Shown here one piece after another: positions 23,324 to 35,319 of a DNA stretch of 64,000 nucleotides. Both the position numbers and the translations under genes were made by a program. The notes beneath the pieces were generated by a model that had not been told where the DNA came from, ran no database searches, and saw only the letters and a program-made list of their open reading frames with translations. Source of the DNA: Scenedesmus sp. PABB004 (Eukaryota). The DNA lies in assembly GCA_014905635.1 (NCBI GenBank), contig JABVCE010000024.1:124001-188000 (forward strand), in the 5' to 3' direction. Within the stretch, counting starts at the first letter, position 1. Every line of letters begins with the position of its first letter.

Positions 23324-25532
23324 ATGCGCGCCCTGGCTCTCCTGTGCCTGCTGGGCCTGGGCGCGGCGCATGCGCAGCTCTTCAACCCGTTTGCCTTCAT
23401 GCAGGGCCAGGCACCCAGCTTCACCGTCACGTATGATTCAGAAACCGGCGACCAGACCAATGACGCGTGCACGCGGGCAGGCGAGCCGCGCGGCGCGCGG
23501 CCCGAGTGCGGTAGTGCCGCGAGCTGCCGCCCAGCAGCCCCGGGCCCTCGCACGGCGCGCCAGCACGCAAAAGCAGCGCGGTCGAGCCTGCGGAGCTGCT
23601 CGAGCAGCCGCGTGCAGCGGCGCCGCCGGTCACCGCGGCGCGCCGGGTGCCGCTGCTGTCGCCCGCACCGCTGCTCACGCTGCGCTGCCGCCGCCGCCAC
23701 TCGCCCCCGCCCTCTCCCCGCCCCTGGCCCGCCGCCGCAGATGCCTTCACGCCGCCCCAGATCGCCAAGGTGCACGCCTGCTCGCGCAGCAAGGCGGTGA
23801 GCGCCAACGGCGCGGGCCTGTCCACGAGCTTCACCAACTCGACGTTCAGCCTGCGCAACCAGGCGACGACCGCGTGCGCGGAGGCGGTCGGCAACGCCGT
23901 CAAGGGCCTCTGCGCCGGCGGCGACCCGCTGGCGACGATCACGTCCATCGCCAGCACCTGCGCGAGCGCGCTCGTCGAGTTCCAGGCGAGCAGCATCAGC
24001 GGCGTCGAGATCACGCCCGCGACCGACGTGCCGCTGCTCAGCCCCGAGCGCAAGGCCTTCACGCTCGCGTGCGCCGACGGCTGCGGCAACGCGGAGACGA
24101 CGGCCGAGGCGGTCGCGCAGTCGAGCGCGTGCAGCTGGATGTCGGCGACCAAGGGCTGCAACGCGGTGCGCGTCGCGCTCACGAGCCAGAACTACGCGCA
24201 GGCCTTCATCTCCACTACCGCGGCGTCCTGGTCCAACGCGTGCGCGATGGGCTTTGGCAAGTCCACCAGCACCGGCACCGCGGCGGCCAAGTCGACCGCC
24301 GACGTGCTGTCCAAGGCCTTTGGCGAGGTCGTCGCCGCGGCGTGCTCGGGCTGCGACACGTGCCGCTGCAAGCCCCTGCCGCCCGGGTGGTCGTACGACA
24401 AGTCTGACGACATCTCCAAGGCCGCCGCGACGGCGGTCGCGGGGCAGTTCACGATGTCCAAGGCGATCAGCAGCGCGGTCGGCGCGTACTGCGAGAGCGA
24501 CAAGTCGCCGCTCGCGATCCAGGCAGGCGTCAACGCGACCATCAACACCATGGCCGTCATCCTCGCAAACGTCATGGCCGCAACGACGTCTTCCGCGAGC
24601 GCGACCGGCGCGGCGATGGCGTGCGGCGGCGGCAGCGTGAGCCAGCAGGTCAAGGTGCGTGCCGCGGCGCGCCCGCGCGCGTGCCCGGGCCGGGGTGGCG
24701 CGGCTCGCGCTGCCCCCGCCTCGCCGCGCCGCGCCGCGCCGCGCCGCGCCGCGCCGGCCTCTGCCACCCATCAAGCGCGCCGCTCGCCGCCCCCGTCGCC
24801 GCCCGGCTGCGCCCTGCGCCCTGCCCCCAGGCGAGCAAGGTCGCGTTCATCAACGCGCTGACCGACGCGAGCGCGGTCGTGTTTGACCACCAGTGCGCGG
24901 CCGCGCACTCGCGCATGAAGGGCCTCACCAACGCGCTGAGCGACTCGGTCGACGAGGCGTTCGAGACGGTCGTGAGCCGCTGCGCGGCGGCCAACGGCTC
25001 GCTCACGCCCGTGACGGTCAACGCGACGGACGAGGTCAAGCGCGTGCTCACGCACACCGAGCCGGTCGTCGTCGCGATCGGGGAGGCGCTGCAGGACGCG
25101 GTGTCGTGCGGGTGCAAGCCCGGCAACTGCTTCTGGTGCGTCGCCAACGACGCCAACAAGACGGCGCACGGCAGCGCCGTATCGGCGTTTGACCTCGGCA
25201 ACAACGTGACCGGCCAGTTCAAGAGCCCGCTCAACTGGAACCAGATGGCCGCTGCGGCGGCGGGCAAGGACTGGCTCTCCGCGGACGGCGCCGCGGAGGA
25301 GGAGCAGGACCCCGTGCTGCGCGGCGGCGGCGCGCCGCCCGCGGGCGGCGCGGCCGGCGCCGGCGACGCGGCTGCAGGCGGCAGCGGCGGCGGCGAGGCC
25401 AGCAGCGGCAGCGGCGGGGAGCCCAGCACCGCTGGCAGCGGTGCTTCCGGTGCGGACGCCGACGGCAGCAGCGGCGGGGCTGCCGCCGCCGGCGACAGCA
25501 GTGCCAGCACTGGCGGGGGCGGCAGTAGCTGA
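23324..25532 (+). CDS. Uncharacterised secreted Ala/Ser/Thr/Cys-rich protein, paralog B
   Basis: Signal peptide MRALALLCLLGLGAAHA-Q and three exons (intron 1 is GC-AG, 23481-23740). Motifs LCAGGDP, ACSGCDTCRCKPLP and CGCKPGNCFWC, several N-x-S/T sequons, Gly/Ser-rich tail. Confidence 0.88.
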
Positions 25533-25664
25533 GTCGGTGGGGGAGCGAGCAGCTGGGGCTGTGTTTAGCATAGGCGTAGCTGACGAACGAGCGGGAAGAG
25601 GGGGGCGCAGGGGGTGCACGTCTTACCGCGTCGTGTGCCGCCGCCCCGCCGCGCAGCGTTCGGG

Positions 25665-28600
25665 TCAGGGCTGCGCCAGGCTCTGCGCGCGCAGCTGCTC
25701 CGCCAGCTCGGGCTCCTCGGCCAGGATGCCGGCCAGCAGCTGCGACAGCCCGCTGCTCTGGCCCACGCCGCTGCGGGCGCCGCCGCCGGGCGCGCCGGCG
25801 CTGCCGCCGCTGCTGCGGCTGCTGGCGCCCGAGTCGGACAGCAGGCTCGCGCTGCTCCCGCTCGCCGCGGGCGCCGCACCAGCCAGCTGCGCCGCCAGGC
25901 GCTCGCGCCCGCCGCTGCCGTCGCTGCTGGCGAGCGTGGACGCCGCCAGCAGGCTCGCCAGCAGGTCGTCGGTGTCGCCCGACCCGGACGCCGACGACGA
26001 CGCGCCGCCCGCCGACGACGACGACGCCAGCTCCGCCTCGGCCTCCTCCACGAGCTCCGCCAGCGAGCCGCCCGCCCGGCGCCGCTGCCGCGCCCCCGCG
26101 CCGCTGCCCGCCGCGGCGCCCGCCGCCGGCGCGGCCGCTCGACCCGCGCCCTGCTCGCGCAGCCGGCTGCTGGCGCCGCTGTCGCCGCGCTCGCTGCCGG
26201 GCGCCGCCCCCGCCGCGCTCGACGGCGACGACAGCAGGGGCTCACCCGCCAGCGCGCGCTGCACGGCGCGCTCCCCTCTGCTGCTGTTGCTGCTGCTCGC
26301 CTGCGGCCTGCCCGGCGGCGCGGCGCCCGCCGCGCTGCTGGGCCCCTCGTCGAGCGCGCTGCCGGCGGTGCTCGCGGCCACCAGGGAGGCGAGCGTGGAG
26401 TCGATGTGCTGCATCAGCCCCGACACCACGTCGCCAAAGCTGTCGCTGCTGAGCGCCTCCTCGCCGCGCGCGCGCCGGCCGGCGCCGGCGCCGCCGGCCG
26501 CCGCCGCGCCGCTGTCCGCGTCGCCGCCGCTGCTGCTGCCCAGCGACGCGAGGCTGAGGCTGCTGTCGCTGAGCGCCTCTGCCTCGGCCGCTGCTGCGGC
26601 CGCCGCAGCGGCGGCGTCGGCCGCCGCCCGTGCGCGGGGCTGGGGCGCGGCCGCGCCCGGCGCCGCCGCCTGCTGCGGCGCCGGCGGCTGCGCGCGGCGC
26701 GGCACCAGGGGCGAGCCGGACGCCGGCCTGGCAGGGCTGTCCTGTGACGAGCCGGCGCCAGAGCGCGAGGGCGACGACTCTTCTGCGATCGGGGCCAGTG
26801 GCTCTGGCGCGGCGCCAGGCCTCGGTGGCGCCGCCGCCTGCCCGGACGGCTCGCTCTGCGCTGCTGGCGCGGCAGCGCCGGCAGCCGGCGCAGGCACCGG
26901 GGCCGCCGCAGCGCCGGGCGCGTCACCCGAGCGGCTGCTGCTGCTGCCCGTGCCCGTGCCGGCCCTGCTGGCGGCAGTGCCGCTGCCGCTGCTGCTGCCC
27001 AGCCCGCCGGCGGCCGCCGCGCGCGCCACGGTGCTTGGAAGCGACGTGCTGCTGCTGCCGCCTCCGCTGCCGTCGCCGCTGCCCGGCCCTGCGCCCGGCC
27101 ATGGCTGCCGCGCGGCACCCGTGACGGCGCGCTGGACCGTGCTGGGCAGGCTGTCGCCGCCGCCTGCGGCGCTGCCGCCGCTACTGCTGCTACTGCTCGC
27201 GCTGCCCGCCGCGGCGGCCGCCGCCCGCGAGCTCAGCTTGGCCATGCGCAGCGCCTGGCCGGCCGCGTCGGCCGCCGCGCCCGCGGCCGCACCGCTGCTG
27301 CTGCCGGCGCCCGCGTCGCCGCCCAGCGCGCTGCGGGGCATGAGCCCAAGGATGGTGCTCGGCAGCGCGGTGGACAGCGAGGCGCCGCTGCCGGGGCCCG
27401 CCGGCGCTGCGCCGCCCGGCGCCAGCGCGCCGCCCAGCAGGCTCTGCTCCAGCGCGCGCTCGCTCAGCGCCGTCGCGCCCGCGGCGGGCGCGGCGCCGCC
27501 GCTGCTGCTGCCGCTGCTGCCGGACGCGGTGCCCAAGCCGGCCATGGCCTTCTGCAGCAGCTGCTCCAGCTCGTCGTCCAGCAGGCTGCTGACGCTGCTG
27601 CTGCCCAGGCTGCTGCCGACGCCGCCCTCCAGACCGCCCGCCGCGCCGGCGACCGCGCCGGCGCCGCGCAGCTGCAGCGTGGACGGCAGCGACACGGCGT
27701 TGCTGCCGCCGGGCCCCGGCTGCGCCGCCGCCGCCGCCGCGGCGCCCGGGGCCTGCCGCGCCAGGCCCTCCAGTGTGGCGGTGAGGCCCGCGATGCTCGC
27801 CAGGAACGCATCGTCCTCAGTGGACGTGGTGCTGGTGGTGAGCGACGCCGACACGCTCCATCCGGGCGGCAGCCCCGCAGCGCCGCCGGCGCCGTGCGGC
27901 GCCTGGCCTGCCGCTGCCCCAAGCGAACCTCCCACCGGGAGCGAGGAGCGGAGGCCCTGCTGCTGCTGCTGCTGCTGCTGCTGCGGCGGCGGCGGCGGCG
28001 CGCCCGCGACGGCGCCCAGCACGGTCGTGGGCAGCGTCACGCTGCTGCCGCTGTCGCTGACGCCCGCGAGCAGCGCGGCGACGTCGCCGGCCGGGTCGGC
28101 GTCGCTGCTCGTGGCGCTGAGGCTGGGCAGCCCCAGGTCGCGCAGGCCGCGCTGCACCGCGCGCAGCCCGGCCGCCACGTCCTCGCCCGCCTCGCGCCGC
28201 CGCCCTGCGGGGCGCGTGGGGCTGTCGGCGCTGGGCTGCGGGCCGGCCAGGGGGCCAGCAGCGTTGACGGGTGGTCAGGCGTCATGATGCGGTCGAGGAG
28301 CGCCTGCGGCACGCGGCGCGCGGCGGTCAGCGGCGGCCAGTGCCAGGCGCGATAACGCCGCTGCTGCCCGGCCGAACCTCCCAACGGGAGGCGCACCTCG
28401 AGCTCGCCGCCCGGCTGCGCCGACTCGCCCGGGGCGGCCGCGCCTGCGGGCGCCGGCGCCGGCGCTGCTGCCGCCGGGCTGCCGGCTGCCGCTGGCGCCG
28501 CCGCCTGCTCCTGGCCGAACAGGCGCTCCACGCTGTCGTCGAACGCCGCCAGCTGCCGCAGGTCGCTCTCAATGCCGGAAGAAGTGCCCAGCGCCTGCGC

Positions 28601-30694
28601 GCGCGGGAGCGGCGCGTGGTGCGGCGCCCGGCGCGCCGCGCGGCGCGGCCCTGCCGGGCGCGCGCGCCGTGCTCCGCCCACCTGCACGCCCAGCTCCGAC
28701 TGCAGGTCCTGCAGCTCCGCCAGTATCGTTGCTGCGTCCACCGAGCTGCCGACGGCGCTGGCGCGCAGCGCCGGCTCGCCCGGCGCCGGCCGCTCGGCGG
28801 CAGCGCCCGGCGACGCGGCGCCCCTGCTCGCAGGCAGCTGCGGGCCCGCCGCCGCCGCGGCACGCGCCGTGGCTGCCGCCTGCATCTCCGCCGGCAGCTG
28901 GCGCAGCACCTCGTCGGCGGCCTGCATGACCGCCGACAGCGAGTCCTGGCTCGCCCCCAGGTCCGGCTGCTGCGAGCTCGCGCCCGAGCCCGGCGCGCCC
29001 GCCGACGCGGCGGACGACGCCGATGCGCGCAGCGCCGCGCCGCCGCCGGCGCCGCGCCCCCTGCCCGCGCTGCTGCTGCTCGCGCCCGCGTCGCTGCTCG
29101 CGGCCGTGCTCGGCGCGGGGGGTATGAAGGCGATGAGATCATCCACCACCTCCTCCTCGCTGCCGCCGCCCTCGCCCAGCGCCGCGCAGCCCTCGCTCGA
29201 CGCGGCGCCCGACCACGGCGGGCGCCACGCCGCGGCCGCCGCGGCGCGCTCCGCCGACTCGGCGCGCGCCTCCATCGCGCGCTGGCGCTCCAGCGCCGCG
29301 ACGAGCTCGAGCGCGCGCTCCGCGGCCGCCGCCTCGCGCCGCGGCGACGCGGGGCGCGCAGCTGCCGCGCCGCCCGCTCCCGCGCCCGCACCGCGCGGCG
29401 GCTGCTCCGCTGGCGCGCCGCCGCCGTCGTCCTCCAGGAACGTCGGCAGCCCGCCCGCCGCCGCCGCGCCCGGCAGAAAGTCCTGCTCGAACGCGCGCCG
29501 CGCCTGCGCGCGCCGCTTCTGCGCCTGCCACTTGCGCAGCAGCGGCGCCGCGCGCAGGTTGCCGGTCTGCAGGTCCGCCTGCCGCGACTGCACGGCGTCG
29601 GACTCCAGCTCCTGCAGCGCCGCCTCCATGCGGCGCCGGTTGCGCTCCGCCGCGAGAAGCATGTGCGCCGACACGCCGCGCTCGGCGGCGCGCGCCGCCT
29701 GCTCCTGCGCGGCCGCCGCCCGCGCCGCCTGCTGCTCGTGCGCCCTGCGGCCGGCCGGTGTGCGTGCGCGCGTGAGCACGCGGGGGCGGACGCGCAGCCG
29801 GCCGGCCGCGGCGCCCCCCGCGCGCCCCCTCGCCCGCGCGGCGGCGCTGCCGCGGGCTCGCGCGCGCACCGCGTCGCCTCCGCCTGCGCCGCGGTGGCGG
29901 CGTCCGCACGGTCGGCCTCGCTCGGCAAGCCCTTGTGGTTGACCACCAGCGCCGGCACGCCCGCCTCGTGCATGCGGCTGAAGCGAAAGTCGATGCGGCT
30001 CGCCTGCGGGGCGGGGCGGCGCGCGGCGCGCGGCCGGACGTCGGCTGCTGCCGCCCCCCGCCGGCTCCGGCCGGCGGAGAGGGGCAAGCCCGTGCAGCCG
30101 CGCCAGCCCCGCGCGCGCCTGGTTCTGGCGCCGCCGCAGCTCCTCCTGCCGGCTGAGCTCCGCCTGCGCCGCCGCCGCGGCCGCGCCGGCGGCGCGCTGC
30201 TCCTCGCCGAAGCCGCGCGCGAGGTCGCGCTGCGCGGCCATGATGCCGCGCCGCGACGCGACGCGCGAATGCGCGGCCGCAAGCTCCGCCTGCCGCGCGC
30301 CGCGCACGCGCGCGAGCGCGTCCTCGAAGCGCGCCTGCGCCTCAGCGCGGCGCTCGGCGTAGAGCGCGGCGGCGCGCTGCCGCGCGGCCGCCGCCTCGGC
30401 GGCCGACGCCGCCGCGGCGCGCTGCGCGGTCGCCAGGCCCGCGAGCGCCTGCTCGTGCGCCGCGCGCAGCGCCGCCAGCTCCACCTCGCGGCGCTGGGTG
30501 ATCAGGGCCACCAGCTCGGCCTGCAGCGCCGCCGCCGAGTCGGCGCAGAGCGCCTGGAATGCGCGGCAGCGGCCGCGCGCCAGCCGCCGGTCCTGCTCCC
30601 GCACGGCCGCCAGGCGGGCCCGCCGCGCCGTCTCCAGCGCCCGGGCCTTCCGCGCCGCGCCCTCCTCGGCGGAGAGGCAGTAGGCGCCGCTCAT
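25665..30694 (-). CDS. Large coiled-coil and low-complexity protein with a CEP295/Ana1-like N-terminus; putative centriole or basal-body protein
   Basis: N-terminus LSAEE...ARRARLAAVREQDRRLA...ALAGLATAQRAA...DAATAAQAEATR...RAAERGVSAHMLL...MEAALQELE parallels my recollection of the conserved CEP295 N-terminal region. The rest is Ser/Ala/Gly-rich. Apparent frameshift near 28200. Confidence 0.62.
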
Positions 30695-31218
30695 GGCGCC
30701 GGGGCGCGAGCGGTTGTTGCGCGGGCGGGCAAGCCCCGCGGGCCGGGCGCCAACGGCGCTGCGGGCGCGCCGGTGATGCGAGGCGGGAGTGCGAGATTGC
30801 GGGGGCGCCAAGCCGGGGGCAGCCGCGTGCCGGCGGCGCGCAGGGGCGCGGCGACAGCTGCAGGCTCTGCTGCTGCTGCAGCCGATCCCCCCGCTGCGCG
30901 GGACTGGTCCCCGCCCCGACGTGGACGGGGTGTGCCGGGCCCGGGGCAGCGGCGGCGCGCGTGTGGCGGCGCAAGCGCCGCCAGACCCCGAACGACGGCG
31001 TCACAAGTCAACGCTGGCGGCGCTGCTCCGCCCTTCACGCCTAGACCCTCCGCTCCGCCGCCCAGAGAGCACTCCTCAACGCAGCATCGGGCACCGCACC
31101 ACCTGCCGCGATCGGCCGCCCGCCGCGCCGCCGCGTGCGCCGCGACCGCCGCCGCTGCGCCGCGCGCCGCGCGCTGCGCACGTGGACGCGCGCACTGCCA
31201 CCCGCCCACCGCAGCGCC

Positions 31219-33940
31219 ATGGCGGAGGCGCCTGCTCCCTGGGTGGCGCTGACGCAGGCCGCGCTGCAGGCGCCGGGCGACGCGCTGGTCGAACGGCCGA
31301 AGCTCACCGACAAGCTCCTCGCCAAGCCGCCCTTCCGCTTCCTGCACGACGTCATCTCCGTGGTGCGGCGCGCGGCGGCCGCGGCGGCCCGGCCTGCGCC
31401 CGGCGGCTCACGCAGCACGCACACCGGCCCACGCCCCGCAGGTGCAAGCGCGGACCGGCTTTGCGCCGGGCCTGTTCTCCGGCGCCGAGCTGGACGCGCA
31501 CGCCATCCAGGCGCGAGCACGCCGTGCGCCGCTGCGCGCGCTGGCGCGCGCCGCGCGTCGGCGCTCACAGCAGCAGGCCCGAGCGCCGCCGCCGCCTCGC
31601 AGGACAAGGAGGGCAAGGTGGCCTACCTGGCCAAGATCATCTCCGTCGTCGGCCTGGCGCTCGGCCAGCCCGTGCCGGCGCGCCCGCTCAAGGCGCGCGG
31701 GGACAGGACAGCCGCGCGGCTGCGCCCGCCCGCGCCCTGCGTGCGCTCGCGCGCCGTCCGCCGGCCGGCGCGTGCCGACGCCGCGCCGCGCGCAGATCGT
31801 CGCGGGCCTGGAGCCGGAGGCGACCAACGCGTTCCTGCAGATGCTGGGCGCCGCAGCGCGGCTGGGGCCCGCCGCCGACGCGGTGCAGGTGCGCGCGCGG
31901 CCACGCCCGCCCGCCCGGTGCCTCCACTGCACCGCGCGCTGGCTCAGCCGCTCGCCCGCGCCCGGCCGCAGCGCGTGCTCGCGGGCGAGCAGCCGACCCC
32001 CGCGGCCGCCGGCCCGGCGAGCGGCCTCGGCGCGGGCGGCCGGCGCACCAGCGAGGTGCCGCCGGCGCACGTGCCGGAGCCGCAGCTGCCAGATGACAAG
32101 TGAGGCGGGGCCGGGCTGGGCTGGGCGCCGCTGCCGGCGGGTGCAGCGCGCGGCCGGCCGCGTGCTGCGCGCGACGCGGCCGCGCGCTGCGTGCGTGCTC
32201 GCAGGCGGACCTACAAGGAGGTGGTGGCCGAGGAGCACCGCGGGCCGCCGCCGCAGCAGCCGGCGCAGTCGCACCAGCCACAGCCGCAGCCGCCGCAGCA
32301 GCAGGTCGGCCCGCAGGACTGGCCCGGGCAGCCGGCGCCGGCTGCGCCCGTCAGCGCAGCGGCGGGGGCGGAGCCCAGGCCCACCGGCGCCGGCCGGCGC
32401 GCCGTGGAGCTGCAGGACCCGGGCGCCGGGCCGGGGCGCCCCGGCTCGCCGGGCCCCGGCTCGCCGGCGGCGCGGCAGCTGGGCGGGCTGGAGCTCGCGC
32501 GGCCGCCGTCTGGCGGCGCGTCGCGCCCCATGTCAGCCAAGAAGGCCCCGCCGCGCATCGCCTCGCCCAGCAGGTGCGCCGGGCGGGTGCACCCGCGCGC
32601 GCCGCACCCGCGAGGCACGGCGGCCGCCTCGCGCAGCTTGGCCGCGCGCTGCGCGGCTCACGCGGTCGCCGCCGCCCGCCGACGGCGCCGCGCAGCCCCG
32701 TCAAGCCCGGCGCGCGGCCCGCGTCCGGCGCGCGCTCCGCCGGCAGCCGCCGCAGCACGCAGCCCGACCGCCCGCTGTCCGGCGCGCCGGGCAGCGCCGC
32801 CGCGGTCTTGGGGCGCGGCCCCATCCCCATCTTTGAGGACGCCGGCTCGCGCAGCCGCCGGGGCGGGCGGCCGGGGCCGCCGGCGACAGCGACGACGATG
32901 ACGACGACGAGGCCGGCGGCGCGGCGCGCGCCGTGGCGGCCGCGCTCGCCGCCGGCGGCGGCCAGCTCGGGGGGCTGGGGCTGGCGGGCTTCGGGCCGGC
33001 GCGCGGCGACGCGGCGGCCGCCGCCGCCGGCGCGAAGGGCGTGCTGGTGCGGGACATCCTGGACGCGGAGGCGCAGCTGCAGGTGCGGGCGCGCGCGTGC
33101 GCATGCGGGAGAGAGATTTGGAGGCCGGCCCCCTGCGCGTCTGCGGGCCGCACCTGAACGCGGTGCCTGAGCGCAGCCGTTGGCGCCGCGCCGCGCCGCC
33201 GCGCAGAGGGCCGGCGCAGACGCGGCGGGCGCTGCCGGCGAGGACCAGGGCGGTGGTGGCATCATCCTGCGGCGCCAGGCCAAGCCCGCGGCGGGTGCGC
33301 GGCGAGGGCCAGGCGGGGACAGGGAGGAGGGGGGAGGGCAGGGCAGCCGGGCCGCGCCCGCCTCACCCGGCCGCCCGCGCCGGCAGGCGGCGGCGGCGGT
33401 GTGCGCCCGGGCGACCTGGTGGAGCTGAGCGGCGCCGTGCAGAAGCTCTGCCAGGTGCGCGGTGTGTGTGGGGCAGGCGTGAGGGACGGGCACACGCGGC
33501 CCTGTGCGACGTGGGAGCCAGCGCGCGCTGCGGCCGAGCGCGGCGCCGCCCGCAGGTGGCGCTGCCGCTGGGGGGCAGCATGCAGTTCCTGCAGGAGGAC
33601 GTGGACAGCATGAGCAAGGAGTTCAGGCGCGGCCGGCGCCGGCGGCGGCGAGGGGCGGCCCGCCGCGCGCGGCCGCGCGGGTCGACGCCGGTCGCCCACC
33701 GCCTCCCCTCCGTCCCGCAGGTTCTGGACCACCGAGCGCCGCGTGTACCAGGAGCGCCTGGGCGAGGAGCAGCGCGCCGCGGCCGACCTGCCCGGGCTGC
33801 GCGCGCAGCTGGCCGACCGCGACGCGGCGATCGCCGCCGCGCGCGGCCGCGTGCTCGCGCTGCGCGGTGCCGTGCTGCAGGGCGAGGCGGCCATCGCGCG
33901 CCTGCTGGAGATGGCGGTGGCGGGCGGCGGCGGGCGCTGA
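31219..33940 (+). CDS. IFT54: Intraflagellar transport protein 54 (TRAF3IP1/MIP-T3)
   Basis: CH-like N-terminus RPKLTDKLLAKPPFRFLHDVI...RTGFAPGLF...DKEGKVAYLAKII...KIVAGLEPEATNAFLQ. C-terminal coiled coil GVLVRDILD...VQKLCQVALPLGGSMQFLQEDVDSMSKE. Apparent frameshift at the G run 32860-32863. Confidence 0.95.
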
Positions 33941-34171
33941 GCGCGCGGCGGCGCGTCGCGGCACCGGGGCGCAGGTGTCAGCGCAGGGGCTGGGCCTGTG
34001 CGCTGCCGCTCACCGATGGAGAGTCGCGTGTCCCCGTTCAATCAGTCCTGAGTCCAGACTCGCACGCCCTTGCTTCCTGCTCGCCCCGCGCGGCCCGCAA
34101 AAGCAGCCTCCCGCGCCCGGCGCGCCCCGCGTTCCGAGCAGACCGCGGAGCAGCTCCGAGACTAGGCAAGC

Positions 34172-34787
34172 ATGGAGGTCGACAACATCCGGCGCCACGA
34201 CGTGCTCTCGCACGCTCTTGAGGTCAAGGTGCGGGCTGCTGCGCATCCCGGCAGCCCTGCTGCCCGCTGGCGCGCGTCCGCCCTGCGTGGCGCGCCCAGG
34301 CCTCCAGGATGGCGCTCCCCACGCGCTGGACACCACCGCGCGCGCCGCCGCGTCCGCCGCGCGCCGCCGCAGGACGCCGCGCACCCGCACTCGCTCTGCG
34401 AGGAAGCCGCCCACGACCTGGTCGTCGAGCTCGAGGGCGCGTTCGCCTCGCCCCGGCCCGCCCACGAGCGGCTCGACAAGCTCCTCGCGATGCAGGCGCG
34501 CCGGGTGCCGGCGCGCGCCGGGCGCCCCCCGCGCCCGCGAGTCGCCGCCGACGCGGCCGCCGCCGGCCCGCGCGTAGGGCTCGCTGAAGGCCGCGCACAT
34601 CGAGGTGGCGCCGGAGGAGCAGCTCTGGCGCGAGGAGGTGCGCGCGCGGGCCCGGCGGCGGCGCGCGGGGCCGGCGGCCACGCGGCCAGCTGCGGCAGCG
34701 CCCGCGGGCGCCATAAAAGCCGCCGCTCGCTGCACGGTACGGCACGCGCCGTCACGCCCGGCGCAGGTGGACGAGGCGATGAAGTGA
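34172..34787 (+). CDS. Small hypothetical protein, about 86 aa, 4 exons
   Basis: MEVDNIRRHDVLSHALEVK|DAAHPHSLCEEAAHDLVVELEGAFASPRPAHERLDKLLAMQ|GSLKAAHIEVAPEEQLWREE|VDEAMK*. All introns are phase 0. TGTAA at 34990-34994. Confidence 0.65.
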
Positions 34788-35096
34788 GGCAGCGCGACCA
34801 CGCGCCACGGAGGATGGTCCGAGACTCTCAGCCATGATGGCAGCGTGTGCCTAGTCGCCTGACGCTTTTTTCAGCAGCAGCAGCGAGCCCGCCGCCGGTG
34901 GTGCCGGCGCCGGCGCTCCTAGGAGGTTGTGCCCGCGCGGCGCGGGCGCGGCCAGCCGAATTGACCCGGCGGCAAACCCTTTTTCCCCCTGTAACAATAA
35001 CGACGGCCCAGCCTGTTACCCGCGAGGAGCGTCACAGCCTGGTCGCGCGCACGTCACGTCGCCCGCGCCGCGCACGCGCTCACACCCCTGGTGTGA

Positions 35097-35197
35097 GGCA
35101 CACCCGGCCCGCCTCCACGAGCGCGCTCACACCAGGCACACCCGGCCCGCCTCCAAGAGCGCGCTCACACCAGGCACACCCGGCCCGCCTCCACCAG
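35097..35197. repeat. Three tandem copies of a ~38-bp unit overlapping the SLD5 stop codon
   Basis: aggcacacccggcccgcctcca occurs three times, linked by gagcgcgctcacacc. Confidence 0.9.
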
Positions 35198-35288
35198 CGC
35201 CGCGACAGTGCTGTACTTGACCACCATCATGTCACCCGCCCGCAGCTCAGCGGTCTGGCCGTCGGGGCCGTCCGGCACCTGCGCGAGC

Positions 35289-35319
<31 letters not shown>

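Noticed and set aside
35097..35197. CRISPR-like repeat array
   Set aside because: The units are contiguous tandem copies with no unique spacers, there are no cas genes, and the context is eukaryotic.
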